Shown here in pieces: positions 26,969-35,756 of a stretch of DNA of 64,000 nucleotides (the first letter of the stretch is position 1; each line of letters starts with the position of its first letter). A program made the translations under genes and the position numbers. The DNA comes from an uncultured Chroococcidiopsis sp. GTDB lineage: Bacteria; Cyanobacteriota; Cyanobacteriia; Cyanobacteriales; Chroococcidiopsidaceae. The notes below the pieces were generated by a model that saw nothing but the letters and a program-made list of their open reading frames with translations, ran no database searches and was not told the DNA's origin. The stretch is taken from assembly GCA_964248365.1 (NCBI GenBank), contig CAXTYC010000016.1, positions 1-64,000 of the forward strand, written 5' to 3'.

Positions 26969-27925
26969 TCAACGATCGCTTGCTGGTATAATCTGCAAAA
27001 TTTCTCTAATTGCCTTTTGTGCTTCTACTAAATTTGGTTGTATAGATAAAGCTTGGCGAAACGCTTCTAGAGCGCCGTTGAAGTCATTTTGATTTTTGAG
27101 AATCTTGCCCATCTGCATATAAACTCCCACATTGCGGGGATTTAACTGAGCAGCCTGTCTCAAAGCCATTAGCCCAGCCGTTAAGTTACCTTGATTGAGC
27201 CACGCTGTTGCTAGGGCTTCTAGCACCTGACTATTAGCAGGTTCCTGCATAGCTGCCTTTTGCAGGGCAGCCAGCGCTTCTTCTGATTTTCCCTGCCGCA
27301 GCAACAATATGCCCATCATTCCATTGGCACTACCATTGTTCGGATCGCGGTCTAGCACTTGCTGATATGCTTGTAAAGCGCTTTTGTAGTTTCCCTGACG
27401 GAACTGCACCACACCCCATCCCATATAAGCATTAAGGTTGTTTGGGTCGAGTTGTATCGTTCGACGGTATGCTGCTGCTGCATCAGCGTTATTGCCCAAC
27501 TGCCCTAAACAATAACCCAGTGCGTAATAAAAGTCAGCATGATTAGGGGCAAGATCGATCGCCTGTCTATATGCTGCTACTGCGGCTGAGAAATTTTTTT
27601 GCTCAGCATGGATGTAGCCCATACTCGAATAAATTCGGGCATTTTTGGGTGACAGCTTTGCTGCTTGTTGATAACGGGCGATCGCACCTGGTAAATTCCC
27701 TGCCAGCGTCAACCTACGCCCTTCCTCTAACAGCTTATCCAACTGTTTCCGCTTTTGGTAGGGACTACTGGACGGATTGCTAGTTTTTCGCGCCACTAGC
27801 ACTACTTCGGCGTGAGTCTGTTGTGGCGCGATCGTGTTAATTCCTGCTAGCAGCAATAAATTAAATGCCAATAAAGTTGATTTTCGCACGGTTAGCCGAA
27901 TTGGATACTTAGCAGTTTTTTTCAT
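26969..27925 (-). CDS. TPR repeat protein with signal peptide
   Basis: N-terminal signal-like segment and about 7 TPR units (A..YRQAI.L.P). Confidence 0.88.
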   Translation of the reverse strand: MKKTAKYPIRLTVRKSTLLAFNLLLLAGINTIAPQQTHAEVVLVARKTSNPSSSPYQKRKQLDKLLEEGRRLTLAGNLPGAIARYQQAAKLSPKNARIYSSMGYIHAEQKNFSAAVAAYRQAIDLAPNHADFYYALGYCLGQLGNNADAAAAYRRTIQLDPNNLNAYMGWGVVQFRQGNYKSALQAYQQVLDRDPNNGSANGMMGILLLRQGKSEEALAALQKAAMQEPANSQVLEALATAWLNQGNLTAGLMALRQAAQLNPRNVGVYMQMGKILKNQNDFNGALEAFRQALSIQPNLVEAQKAIREILQIIPASDR

Positions 27926-28416
27926 ACAACTATAAGCGCTTTACATTCAATCAGTAACAGTTGCACTTGAGCCTAGATTTTGTCTGGGCTAGCCTTGCAC
28001 ATTTCACGTTGGCAGCAATTGTAGATGATTGGAGTCTAGATTGTAACCCTCGCTATTCTTGGTGATATCTAAAAAATTGAGCAATTTACTTTACAAATCT
28101 TAATTATCACTTAAGTTAGTTTTTTAACTTCTATTAATCTAAAGGCTAGATTGTAATTAGCTTTTAGCTGTTAGCTGGCGCGCTGTTAGCTAATAGTTAA
28201 CAGCTTTGTCAAGAAGAATATATTTAATGAATAAAAAGCTTGAAAATACTTTACTTTCTAAACAAATTATTACTTTTATTTCCATCTAAAGATAGATATA
28301 TTAATTATTTCTACTGATAGATAGTCAAATTGTAAATTTCAATTTAAATTTAAGCACAAGCATAAGTTAGACCAAACTAAACCTTACACAAAAAATCACA
28401 AAGAGGTAATTAAGCT

Positions 28417-29061
28417 ATGTCATACGTAAACCGACCTGTAGATGATGTTATTCACGAGCCTGCTAGCGCGACTAGAGTAGTTGCAGATTACCATGATCGC
28501 ATTCGCTGGGGTCCTATTCTTTCCGGTTTAGTGGTAGCTTTAGCAACACAATTAATTTTAAGTGCGCTGTTTGCTGCAATTGGAGCAGACAGGGTTGCAG
28601 GCTCAGGCAGACCTAGAACAATTGCAGGTGATGTGGCTGGTCATGTAGGAATTTGGTCAACTATTGGTTTATTAATTTCTCTATTTACTGGCGGTTGGGT
28701 TACAGCTCGCGGCTGTGGACCAATGAACCGTAGTACCGCCCTTCTCAATGGTGCAATTCTCTGGGCAACAACTTTGGCTCTTGGCTCTTGGCTGTTGGCA
28801 AGCGGTGTAACAGGCGCTTTTGGGCTGGCAACGAGCGCAGCTTCCAATGCTGCTGGGGCAATCGCTAACCAAATCCCACAAGGTGGAGTCAATTTACCAC
28901 AAAATGCCCCTACCCCAACTGCGCAACAAGCGCGTGAAATTGCTGATGCAACCGCCCGATCATTGTGGTGGTTTGTGTTCGGTTCTTTACTAGGATTACT
29001 CGCATCGATGATTGGTGCTGCTGCTGGAGCTAGAAAACCACGCACCAACGGTAATTACTGA
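28417..29061 (+). CDS. Conserved hypothetical membrane protein (4 TM)
   Basis: 214 aa, RIRWGPILSG start of TM1, GAGG SD, terminator downstream. Confidence 0.8.
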   Translation: MSYVNRPVDDVIHEPASATRVVADYHDRIRWGPILSGLVVALATQLILSALFAAIGADRVAGSGRPRTIAGDVAGHVGIWSTIGLLISLFTGGWVTARGCGPMNRSTALLNGAILWATTLALGSWLLASGVTGAFGLATSAASNAAGAIANQIPQGGVNLPQNAPTPTAQQAREIADATARSLWWFVFGSLLGLLASMIGAAAGARKPRTNGNY

Positions 29062-29101
29062 TAAAAACTAACAAAAGAAAAATCTAAACTTTCTTTCCAT
29101 C

Positions 29102-29126
29102 AAGCACCTTCGTTAAGGTGCTTTTT
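29102..29126 (+). terminator. Intrinsic terminator
   Basis: AAGCACCTT-CGTT-AAGGTGCTT followed by T-run. Confidence 0.75.
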
Positions 29127-29202
29127 GGTTTTTTAGAGGGGTAGCAAAAGAGCCAAGGGTAAGATTAAGATAGAGAATAATTACTTTGATACTGCACTAG
29201 TA

Positions 29203-29760
29203 ATGAGTGCGATCTTGGTATTTTTCCTGATGCAAATAACTTTATCTTCCACAGCAGTTAACCTTCTGTTTGAGAATCTGCTCTTTTTAGCGATCGCCAC
29301 GTCCTTTTTTATCATTGTCGGCTGGGCGTGGAGACAATCAAAGCCCTACAGCTTACCTCAACCACTACCAGGATGGTTTAGTATCTGGTTTGGTACAGTG
29401 CAGGTAATAGGAGGAGTGTTGCCGCTTTTGGCAATATTTTTCTGGGGTGTGTGGTGGCACTATTTCAATGTTTTGATTATACTTGTTTCATACTTAGTGA
29501 TGTTGGCGTTGCAAGTCGTCTCTGAGAGCGTCTCACTCAGGCAGTTCCACTCTGTCGTATTTGTGATGGTGCCTTATTTATATATACCTTACCGCCTCTG
29601 GCAATTATATGAGGGATTGACTCTGGTAAGTCATCAACCTGAACTGATATTGATCCGGTATTTGCTGCTTGTAAATATTGTCCTGTGGATTTTAAACTAC
29701 GCCTTAGATTTGTCCCAGCTTCCACGACTTCTAAAATGGGAAATAGACAACAAAGAATAA
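29203..29760 (+). CDS. Hypothetical membrane protein
   Basis: 185 aa with several hydrophobic helices; YIPYRLWQL motif. Confidence 0.7.
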   Translation: MSAILVFFLMQITLSSTAVNLLFENLLFLAIATSFFIIVGWAWRQSKPYSLPQPLPGWFSIWFGTVQVIGGVLPLLAIFFWGVWWHYFNVLIILVSYLVMLALQVVSESVSLRQFHSVVFVMVPYLYIPYRLWQLYEGLTLVSHQPELILIRYLLLVNIVLWILNYALDLSQLPRLLKWEIDNKE

Positions 29761-29842
29761 TTTGAAGTTCGAAATTCGCGCATTCGAACTTCGACATTTC
29801 CCCAGTTCCCCTTGCCCAATCTTTGGGTGGCGAGGGAGTAGT

Positions 29843-30193
29843 TTACCAATGATTACCCAATAGGGATTCCAATTCAGCTTTTAAACCCTTAATATCTGCA
29901 ACTCGTGCTACCAATAAATTATCTTTACCTGCATCACTTAAGCGATATTTCCAATACTGAATGCTTTCTGAATTATGCATCCAATATTTAACTACTGTGT
30001 TCACCACTTGATCTAAATCCCATTCATATTTATACCCAATTGTTTCTACTGACTTAAGAAATGCATCAAGTGTACAATTATAAGAGCCTAAATATTCTAC
30101 TCCTTTGCGCTGAGCAAAATGCCCCTTCTGCTGTTGATGATTAAAAAAGTATACAACTGGGGAAACTCCTACAAGATCAAAAGTGTATTTCAT
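29843..30193 (-). CDS. Conserved cyanobacterial hypothetical protein
   Basis: 116 aa ORF with GAGAG SD and protein-like composition (CTLDAFLKSVE, LLVARVAD). Confidence 0.7.
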   Translation of the reverse strand: MKYTFDLVGVSPVVYFFNHQQQKGHFAQRKGVEYLGSYNCTLDAFLKSVETIGYKYEWDLDQVVNTVVKYWMHNSESIQYWKYRLSDAGKDNLLVARVADIKGLKAELESLLGNHW

Positions 30194-30287
30194 GCTGCTC
30201 TCTTAATTTATTAATCAGTTGTACCGAGCCTGACATTATTAGAAAATGTTATGACTTAAAAAGTAATTCAATTACATCTAACAAAAG

Positions 30288-30353
30288 TTGAATAGCTAGC
30301 TAACCAAAAGTAATATTCAGAAAAAATTAGCACTTAAGAGCATTGAGTGCTAG
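30288..30353 (+). promoter_or_regulatory. Sigma70-type promoter followed by a CIRCE-like (HrcA) operator
   Basis: TTGAAT (30288-30293), 17 bp, TAATAT (30311-30316); TTAGCACTT-N9-GAGTGCTAG (30327-30353) matches TTAGCACTC-N9-GAGTGCTAA at 16 of 18 positions. Confidence 0.6.
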
Positions 30354-30398
30354 GATTTATTAACTTGTTTGATGTATTATTGAACGGCTGGAAAAGAG

Positions 30399-31328
30399 TT
30401 GTATATTAGTTTTAATAATTTTTCAAATTTACCGTTTGCAGATTTTCAAGGCGAACTGGCTGCACTTTTTGCCGCCTGTTTGTGGGCTGTGTCTTCAACG
30501 GTGTATGCTCGGATTGGGCAGCGCATCCCGCCTCTAGAATTAAACTTAATCAAAGGCACGATCGCAATTGTTCTACTTATCTGCACTTGTTTGCTGCAAA
30601 ATGACTTTAATGCAGCGATTTCCCCGTATCATCTTTGTCTATTACTACTGAGTGGTATCTTAGGAATTGGCTTAGGAGATACAGCCTTCTTCTTTGCCCT
30701 AAATTACTTAGGTGCGCGTCGAGCCTTGCTAATGGAAACCTTGGCTCCGCCCATAACCACAATCCTGGCGCTAATTTTTCTTCAGGAAAAGCTGAGCCTA
30801 GTTGCCGTATGTGGTATTTTTCTGACTATTTTAGGAGTGGCTTGGGTAGTCACCGAAAGAGTACCTGGTAACAACAGCAATATTCATCTAGGGCGAGGAA
30901 TTGGGTTTGGTATTGTGGCAGCGATCGCACTAGCAGGGGGAGCCGTGCTTTCACGGGGAGTACTAGCAACTACCACCATTAGCCCTCTATGGGCTGCCCT
31001 ATTGCGGTTAATTGGCGGTGTATCGATTCTACTGCCTTGGGCATGGCTCAGACAAAAACGAAGCCGTTTCCAGTTCAAGACATTAGCTTCAGCAAGAATC
31101 ATTGGTGCAGTTTTCTTTGCAGCCTTTGCTGGCACTTACCTGGGAATTTGGCTGCAACAAACAGCGATTAAATTCACAGCTGCTGGAATTGCCCTCACCC
31201 TTACCAACACTAGCCCACTATTTGTCATCCCGATCGCTCTATGCATGGGTGAGCGAGTTAGCCCTAGAGCAGTTTTAGGGGTAGCAGTTGCCCTAAGTGG
31301 CATTGCCCTGCTACTATTACTTGGCTAA
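30399..31328 (+). CDS. DMT/EamA family transporter
   Basis: Two EamA repeats, about 10 TM; AACLWA, GIGLGDTAFF, FLQEKLS, TSPLF..GERVS. Confidence 0.88.
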   Translation: MYISFNNFSNLPFADFQGELAALFAACLWAVSSTVYARIGQRIPPLELNLIKGTIAIVLLICTCLLQNDFNAAISPYHLCLLLLSGILGIGLGDTAFFFALNYLGARRALLMETLAPPITTILALIFLQEKLSLVAVCGIFLTILGVAWVVTERVPGNNSNIHLGRGIGFGIVAAIALAGGAVLSRGVLATTTISPLWAALLRLIGGVSILLPWAWLRQKRSRFQFKTLASARIIGAVFFAAFAGTYLGIWLQQTAIKFTAAGIALTLTNTSPLFVIPIALCMGERVSPRAVLGVAVALSGIALLLLLG

Positions 31329-31836
31329 ATCCTAATTCTAACCGCCCCATCGGTGATACCTTCTTTCCTTTGTGTCTTAGCGGCTTTGCGCGAGCGCTTT
31401 AGATTTTAGCAAGATCGCGCAAATCACGAGTATTTTCAAAATATTGACGGCAATTACCACAGTTATGTTTTGCTAGCAAATAAATTAATACTATTTTAAT
31501 AATTTTCCCTAATAAGCTTTAGTCATCGAAAGAGCAAAAATTGTATTTTTACTTGTAAATACTGATACGCTTTAGCGACAGGGTAACTGCTTATCAGCTT
31601 TAGTAAACGACTTACCAAGATGTTTTAATGAAAAACTAGAACGAGAAAAACGATTATTAACAGCGATCTTGGTAGAATATAGAAGTGCTTTTTAATACCA
31701 AAATTTGTGGTAAAAATTCCCAGGACGAGAGAAAAACCCAAGGTTAACTTTGACTAGAAGTGTCGAATTTGACTGCCTTGCAAATGAAAACCCAAGGCTG
31801 CGTCAAATTCAGAAGAATTACTAACTTGGTAAAGGA

Positions 31837-32403
31837 GTGATCGATATGGCTAATATTGAGGGAACAGCCTCAAACGATAAGTTGTTTGGGCACAATGGTG
31901 ACGACTTTCTAAATGGTGGTAGTGGAGATGACACCTTATATGGCTACCGAGGTAATGATACTTTAATTGGAGGTGCAGGCAATGATATTCTCAATGGTGC
32001 TGGGCTTGCCTACAATGATACAACTGGTCCACAAAGTTTTGGTGTTAATGAAATTGATACATTAACTGGCGGAGCGGGACATGATACATTCCAGCTTTGG
32101 GGTGGTTCTGGACGTTCTGGAATTCATGCTTACTATGATGGGAATGGTAGTAGAGATTACGCTCTGATTACTGACTTTAACCCCAAAGAGGATATTATCA
32201 AACTTACCCATGTGGAGGGTTCTAGTTCGACAACATCACCAGTTCACTATATATTGGGTGCATCTCCTAATGGTTCCTCGACAGACACAGGGTTATATAT
32301 TGATAAGCCAGGTACTCAACCTGATGAATTAATTGCTATCTTGCAAAATAATGCGCCTGGAACTCTAGATCTTAATGCTTCTTACTTCAGCTATTTTGGC
32401 TAA
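31837..32403 (+). CDS. Small RTX/hemolysin-type calcium-binding protein
   Basis: GGSGDDTLYG, GGAGNDILNG and GGAGHDTF nonapeptides; DYALITDFNP..D.I.L C-terminal motif. Confidence 0.88.
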   Translation: MIDMANIEGTASNDKLFGHNGDDFLNGGSGDDTLYGYRGNDTLIGGAGNDILNGAGLAYNDTTGPQSFGVNEIDTLTGGAGHDTFQLWGGSGRSGIHAYYDGNGSRDYALITDFNPKEDIIKLTHVEGSSSTTSPVHYILGASPNGSSTDTGLYIDKPGTQPDELIAILQNNAPGTLDLNASYFSYFG

Positions 32404-32453
32404 CAAATTCTAAGTATTATCCGAGCTTGCAAAAAGTTTTATTACTTGCTCTA

Positions 32454-32580
32454 ACTTAGATCTTGCATCTATCCTATAGTCTGCCTGCTAATTAATTAGC
32501 AGGCTCTCAGCCAAAGTCTTCTATAGAAGACTAACATACACAGTTGCAGTCCATTTCAATGGACTTGGAGCTATTAGCCC
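32454..32580. repeat. Double/triple-palindrome dispersed repeat, copy 2
   Basis: Palindromes at 32483-32504 and 32515-32532, hairpin at 32548-32565. Confidence 0.85.
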
Positions 32581-32723
32581 AAAAAAGAAGTAAGGGGCGG
32601 TTATTGAAACTGGTGGAATATGTGAATCTAACCTAACTGTGGTTAGAGCTTTTTTCTAGTAAGTAGCGAGCGTTGTTACACTTGTCAACTTTGATATCAG
32701 GCAAAATTAATTATCTATAGCTA

Positions 32724-32814
32724 ACACCGTTTGGTTTTATTGGTGCAACATTCTACTTGCACAGTGAAGGTTTTATCATCCAAAATCTATGGTCCCCAAA
32801 ATCTAAAATGGTAC
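32724..32814. repeat. MITE-like dispersed repeat, copy C
   Basis: Similar to 5614-5713. Confidence 0.6.
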
Positions 32815-32831
32815 AACACAGCAGTAGATAA

Positions 32832-33629
32832 GTGCAAAGGTTGGAAATGACACAACAAAGCTGGGTATTGACTCAAAAAGAAGGAGCTGTAGTAGCTGTA
32901 GCTTTGCACGATGGTCATTTGATAGGGGAGGAAGTGACACCACTGTTGGCGGTGAGTGAAGCCGAACGCTGGCGTGAAGAAGATCCATTTACCGCCGCTT
33001 GGGTAGGATTTGCAGATACGCAGATTGTAGTTAAGCGATCGCGTTTTGAGTTTGATTTGAATCGACCACGATCAAAAGCAGTATATATTAAACCACAAGA
33101 TGCTTGGGGGTTAAAAGTTTGGCGCTCAAAACCATCTAAAGAAATAATTGCGCGATCGCTAATTGAGTATGATGCTTTCTATAGCGAGATTGAGCAAGTC
33201 TTTGCCGATATAGAACGTCGTTTTGGTCGCTTTGTCGTATTTGAACTGCATACATATAATCATCGTCGCCAGGGAGCTACAGCCTTACCTGCTGATCCGA
33301 TGTCGAATCCAGAAATTAATCTTGGCACTGGTACAATGGAGCGCGATCGCTGGAAACCTGTAATTGACAGCTTTCTCACCGATATGCAAAACTTTGACTT
33401 TTTGGGTAGAAAACTGGATGTGCGGGAGAATATCAAATTTCGGGGTGGATACTTCCCCACTTGGGTGCATCAAAGGTTTCGACAATCTGCGTGTGTATTG
33501 TCTATCGAAGTGAAGAAGTTTTTTATGGACGAATGGACAAACCAACTCGATTTAGAACAATTAGATACTATTGGCTGCGCTCTTAAATCAACTGTACCTG
33601 GTATAATTGAGGCATTGAAGCAAGTTTAA
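32832..33629 (+). CDS. N-formylglutamate amidohydrolase family protein
   Basis: ALHDGH, REEDPFT, SRFEFDLNR, LHTYN, INLGTG, SIEVKK motifs. Confidence 0.85.
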   Translation: MQRLEMTQQSWVLTQKEGAVVAVALHDGHLIGEEVTPLLAVSEAERWREEDPFTAAWVGFADTQIVVKRSRFEFDLNRPRSKAVYIKPQDAWGLKVWRSKPSKEIIARSLIEYDAFYSEIEQVFADIERRFGRFVVFELHTYNHRRQGATALPADPMSNPEINLGTGTMERDRWKPVIDSFLTDMQNFDFLGRKLDVRENIKFRGGYFPTWVHQRFRQSACVLSIEVKKFFMDEWTNQLDLEQLDTIGCALKSTVPGIIEALKQV

Positions 33630-33637
33630 TATGTGCT

Positions 33638-34186
33638 TCACCATATACCTAGTGGCGATCGCGCCCAGGATGCATCAGCCTGCACTGTCCAGTAATTATT
33701 AAAGATTTTGTCAACTGTTGCTTGATCGGGCTTGGGAAAATCTATAGGAGGTAGTTCACGCCGTTCGGCTGGCTGAGCTAAGCCGATAAGCACCTGCTCA
33801 AACCCAGCCGGAGTGTACCCATTGAGTACATGACACACCTCGCTTGTAACCTTGAAGTGGTGAACCGTACCGCGTGGAATCCAAAGGGAGTCACCGTCGC
33901 TTGCAGTAATATTTTCCTCGCCGACGGTTGCGTTCATCTCGCCCTCGAAAATGTAGAACCACTCGTCAACGCTATGGATGTGCGGCACAAACGCACCAGA
34001 ACCGCGACGCATAAACTGCTCCATCACCGAATACGCACCCCCTGTATCGTTACCGTCTACTAGTACATACCAGAGGATATCAATCATCCAAAAGGCAGGT
34101 GCGTTTTCGCGGTTAGTGCGTAGTGCTTTATTTGAAAGAATTGGGGCAGTCATTGCAATCTCCTTTACCTCAATAATTGAGTGCAA
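33638..34186 (-). CDS. Cupin domain protein (quercetin dioxygenase-like)
   Basis: TGGAYSVME, PHIHSVDEWFYIFEG, IPRGTVHHF, TPAGFE. Confidence 0.82.
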   Translation of the reverse strand: MHSIIEVKEIAMTAPILSNKALRTNRENAPAFWMIDILWYVLVDGNDTGGAYSVMEQFMRRGSGAFVPHIHSVDEWFYIFEGEMNATVGEENITASDGDSLWIPRGTVHHFKVTSEVCHVLNGYTPAGFEQVLIGLAQPAERRELPPIDFPKPDQATVDKIFNNYWTVQADASWARSPLGIW

Positions 34187-34368
34187 ACAGTATCAAGCAC
34201 AAATTCCCATTGGGTTAGCTTCCTGCCGCTAATGGCAACGTCTGTTCCTATGATGGTTAAGATAATCTTATAGATACTATTAGTTTTACCTATCGTCCTT
34301 TAGATGTATTAAATTGGGACATCCAAAGCAACACTAGGGCAAGCTATCAGACTACCAGCACAGATAAT

Positions 34369-35031
34369 TTACCGCTTGAGTGCTAAAGTAAGTCCATCGG
34401 CAATTGGAACCAGACTTAAAGATACTCTTTGATCGTGGTGTAGCTTCTGATTCAAAGCACGAATTGCTAATGTACTGCTGTTTTGAAATTGAGAATCTGC
34501 AACTCGTCCACCCCACAGAACATTATCAATCGCAATCAAGCCACCAGGACGTATTAATTCGAGCGATCGCTCATAATATGGGTCATAATTTCCTTTATCG
34601 GCATCAATGAAAGCAAAATCAAACGTTTCTTTTTGTCCATCTGTCAACAACTGATCTAATGTTTCTAGTGCTGGTGCTATACGTAGATCAATTTTGTCTG
34701 CCACGCCTGCTTTTTGCCAATACCGACGAGCGATCGCAGTATATTCCTCACTCACGTCACAAGCAATAATCTTACCATTGGGGGGAAGCGCTAGAGCAAC
34801 ACAAAGGGAACTATAACCAGTAAATACGCCAACCTCCAGGGTTTTGGTTGCACCCAACAGTTGAACTAACAACGCCATGAATTGACCTTGTTCTGGCGCA
34901 ATTTGCATTGTAGCAAAGGGATGATTGTTTGTTTCATGCCGTAGCTGCTGTAAGATTTCTGGTTCTCGCACAGAAACAGATAGCAGGTAATCATACAGCC
35001 GATTGTCCAATCCAAGCGTCTTTTTTGACAT
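34369..35031 (-). CDS. Class I SAM-dependent O-methyltransferase (caffeoyl-CoA OMT family)
   Basis: LEVGVFTGYS, FDFAFIDADK, DNVLWGG, PIADGLT. Confidence 0.93.
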   Translation of the reverse strand: MSKKTLGLDNRLYDYLLSVSVREPEILQQLRHETNNHPFATMQIAPEQGQFMALLVQLLGATKTLEVGVFTGYSSLCVALALPPNGKIIACDVSEEYTAIARRYWQKAGVADKIDLRIAPALETLDQLLTDGQKETFDFAFIDADKGNYDPYYERSLELIRPGGLIAIDNVLWGGRVADSQFQNSSTLAIRALNQKLHHDQRVSLSLVPIADGLTLALKR

Positions 35032-35194
35032 TGTTGGCTGAATAGTTCGAGTTGTTTACAGCCTATACTATCGTTGGAATAAACGTAGGTATAAGATTAG
35101 ACATCTTGCTTAAATCAATATTTGCCCTTAGACGTAGGGACGGGTTTATACTAAAAATAATATGTGGGTTAAACTTGCCCGTACAGGGGCTAAT

Positions 35195-35629
35195 GTGAAT
35201 TCTATTCGTCAAGCATTTTTACTGGTTTTTACAGGAATCTTGCTGGTACTACTGACAGCTTGTGGCACTTCTGGAATTGCACCAAATAACCAAGTGGTGC
35301 AACGGGGTTTAGCACTTGGGCTAGAACAAACCCAACAACAACTGAGTAAACAACTAGGCTTGGATGTTAAGGGGTTTGAAATTAAGCGAGTGGAAATTAC
35401 CCAGCAAGAACCGTTAAAAATTCAAAATTTACCTGCTTATCATCTCAAAGGTACATACGATTTGACAATGCAGCTACCAAAGCGACGGCTGAGTCAACAG
35501 CACAACCCTTTTGATATTTACCTGCAACGTCAAAAAGAAGGTAAAACGTGGCGTTTGGCAATTCCGAAAGTTGCTGATAATGATACTCAGCCCGTTTGGT
35601 TTACTTATTTGATTGACCATAGCAGCTAA
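35195..35629 (+). CDS. Hypothetical lipoprotein (likely GTG start at 35195)
   Basis: Lipobox LLTAC; the upstream part of the track ORF (from 35162) lies inside a REP-like hairpin. Confidence 0.72.
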   Translation: MNSIRQAFLLVFTGILLVLLTACGTSGIAPNNQVVQRGLALGLEQTQQQLSKQLGLDVKGFEIKRVEITQQEPLKIQNLPAYHLKGTYDLTMQLPKRRLSQQHNPFDIYLQRQKEGKTWRLAIPKVADNDTQPVWFTYLIDHSS

Positions 35630-35756
35630 AATTGGTGTGATATCAAAAGCGCTACAAGTTTCTAGTTTCCAGGTTGAGCCTGGACTATTCTAATTCCCAA
35701 GCATCGCTGTAGAAACTAGGAAATACTCGCAAGCCTCAACGCTTGATTACTGCAAT

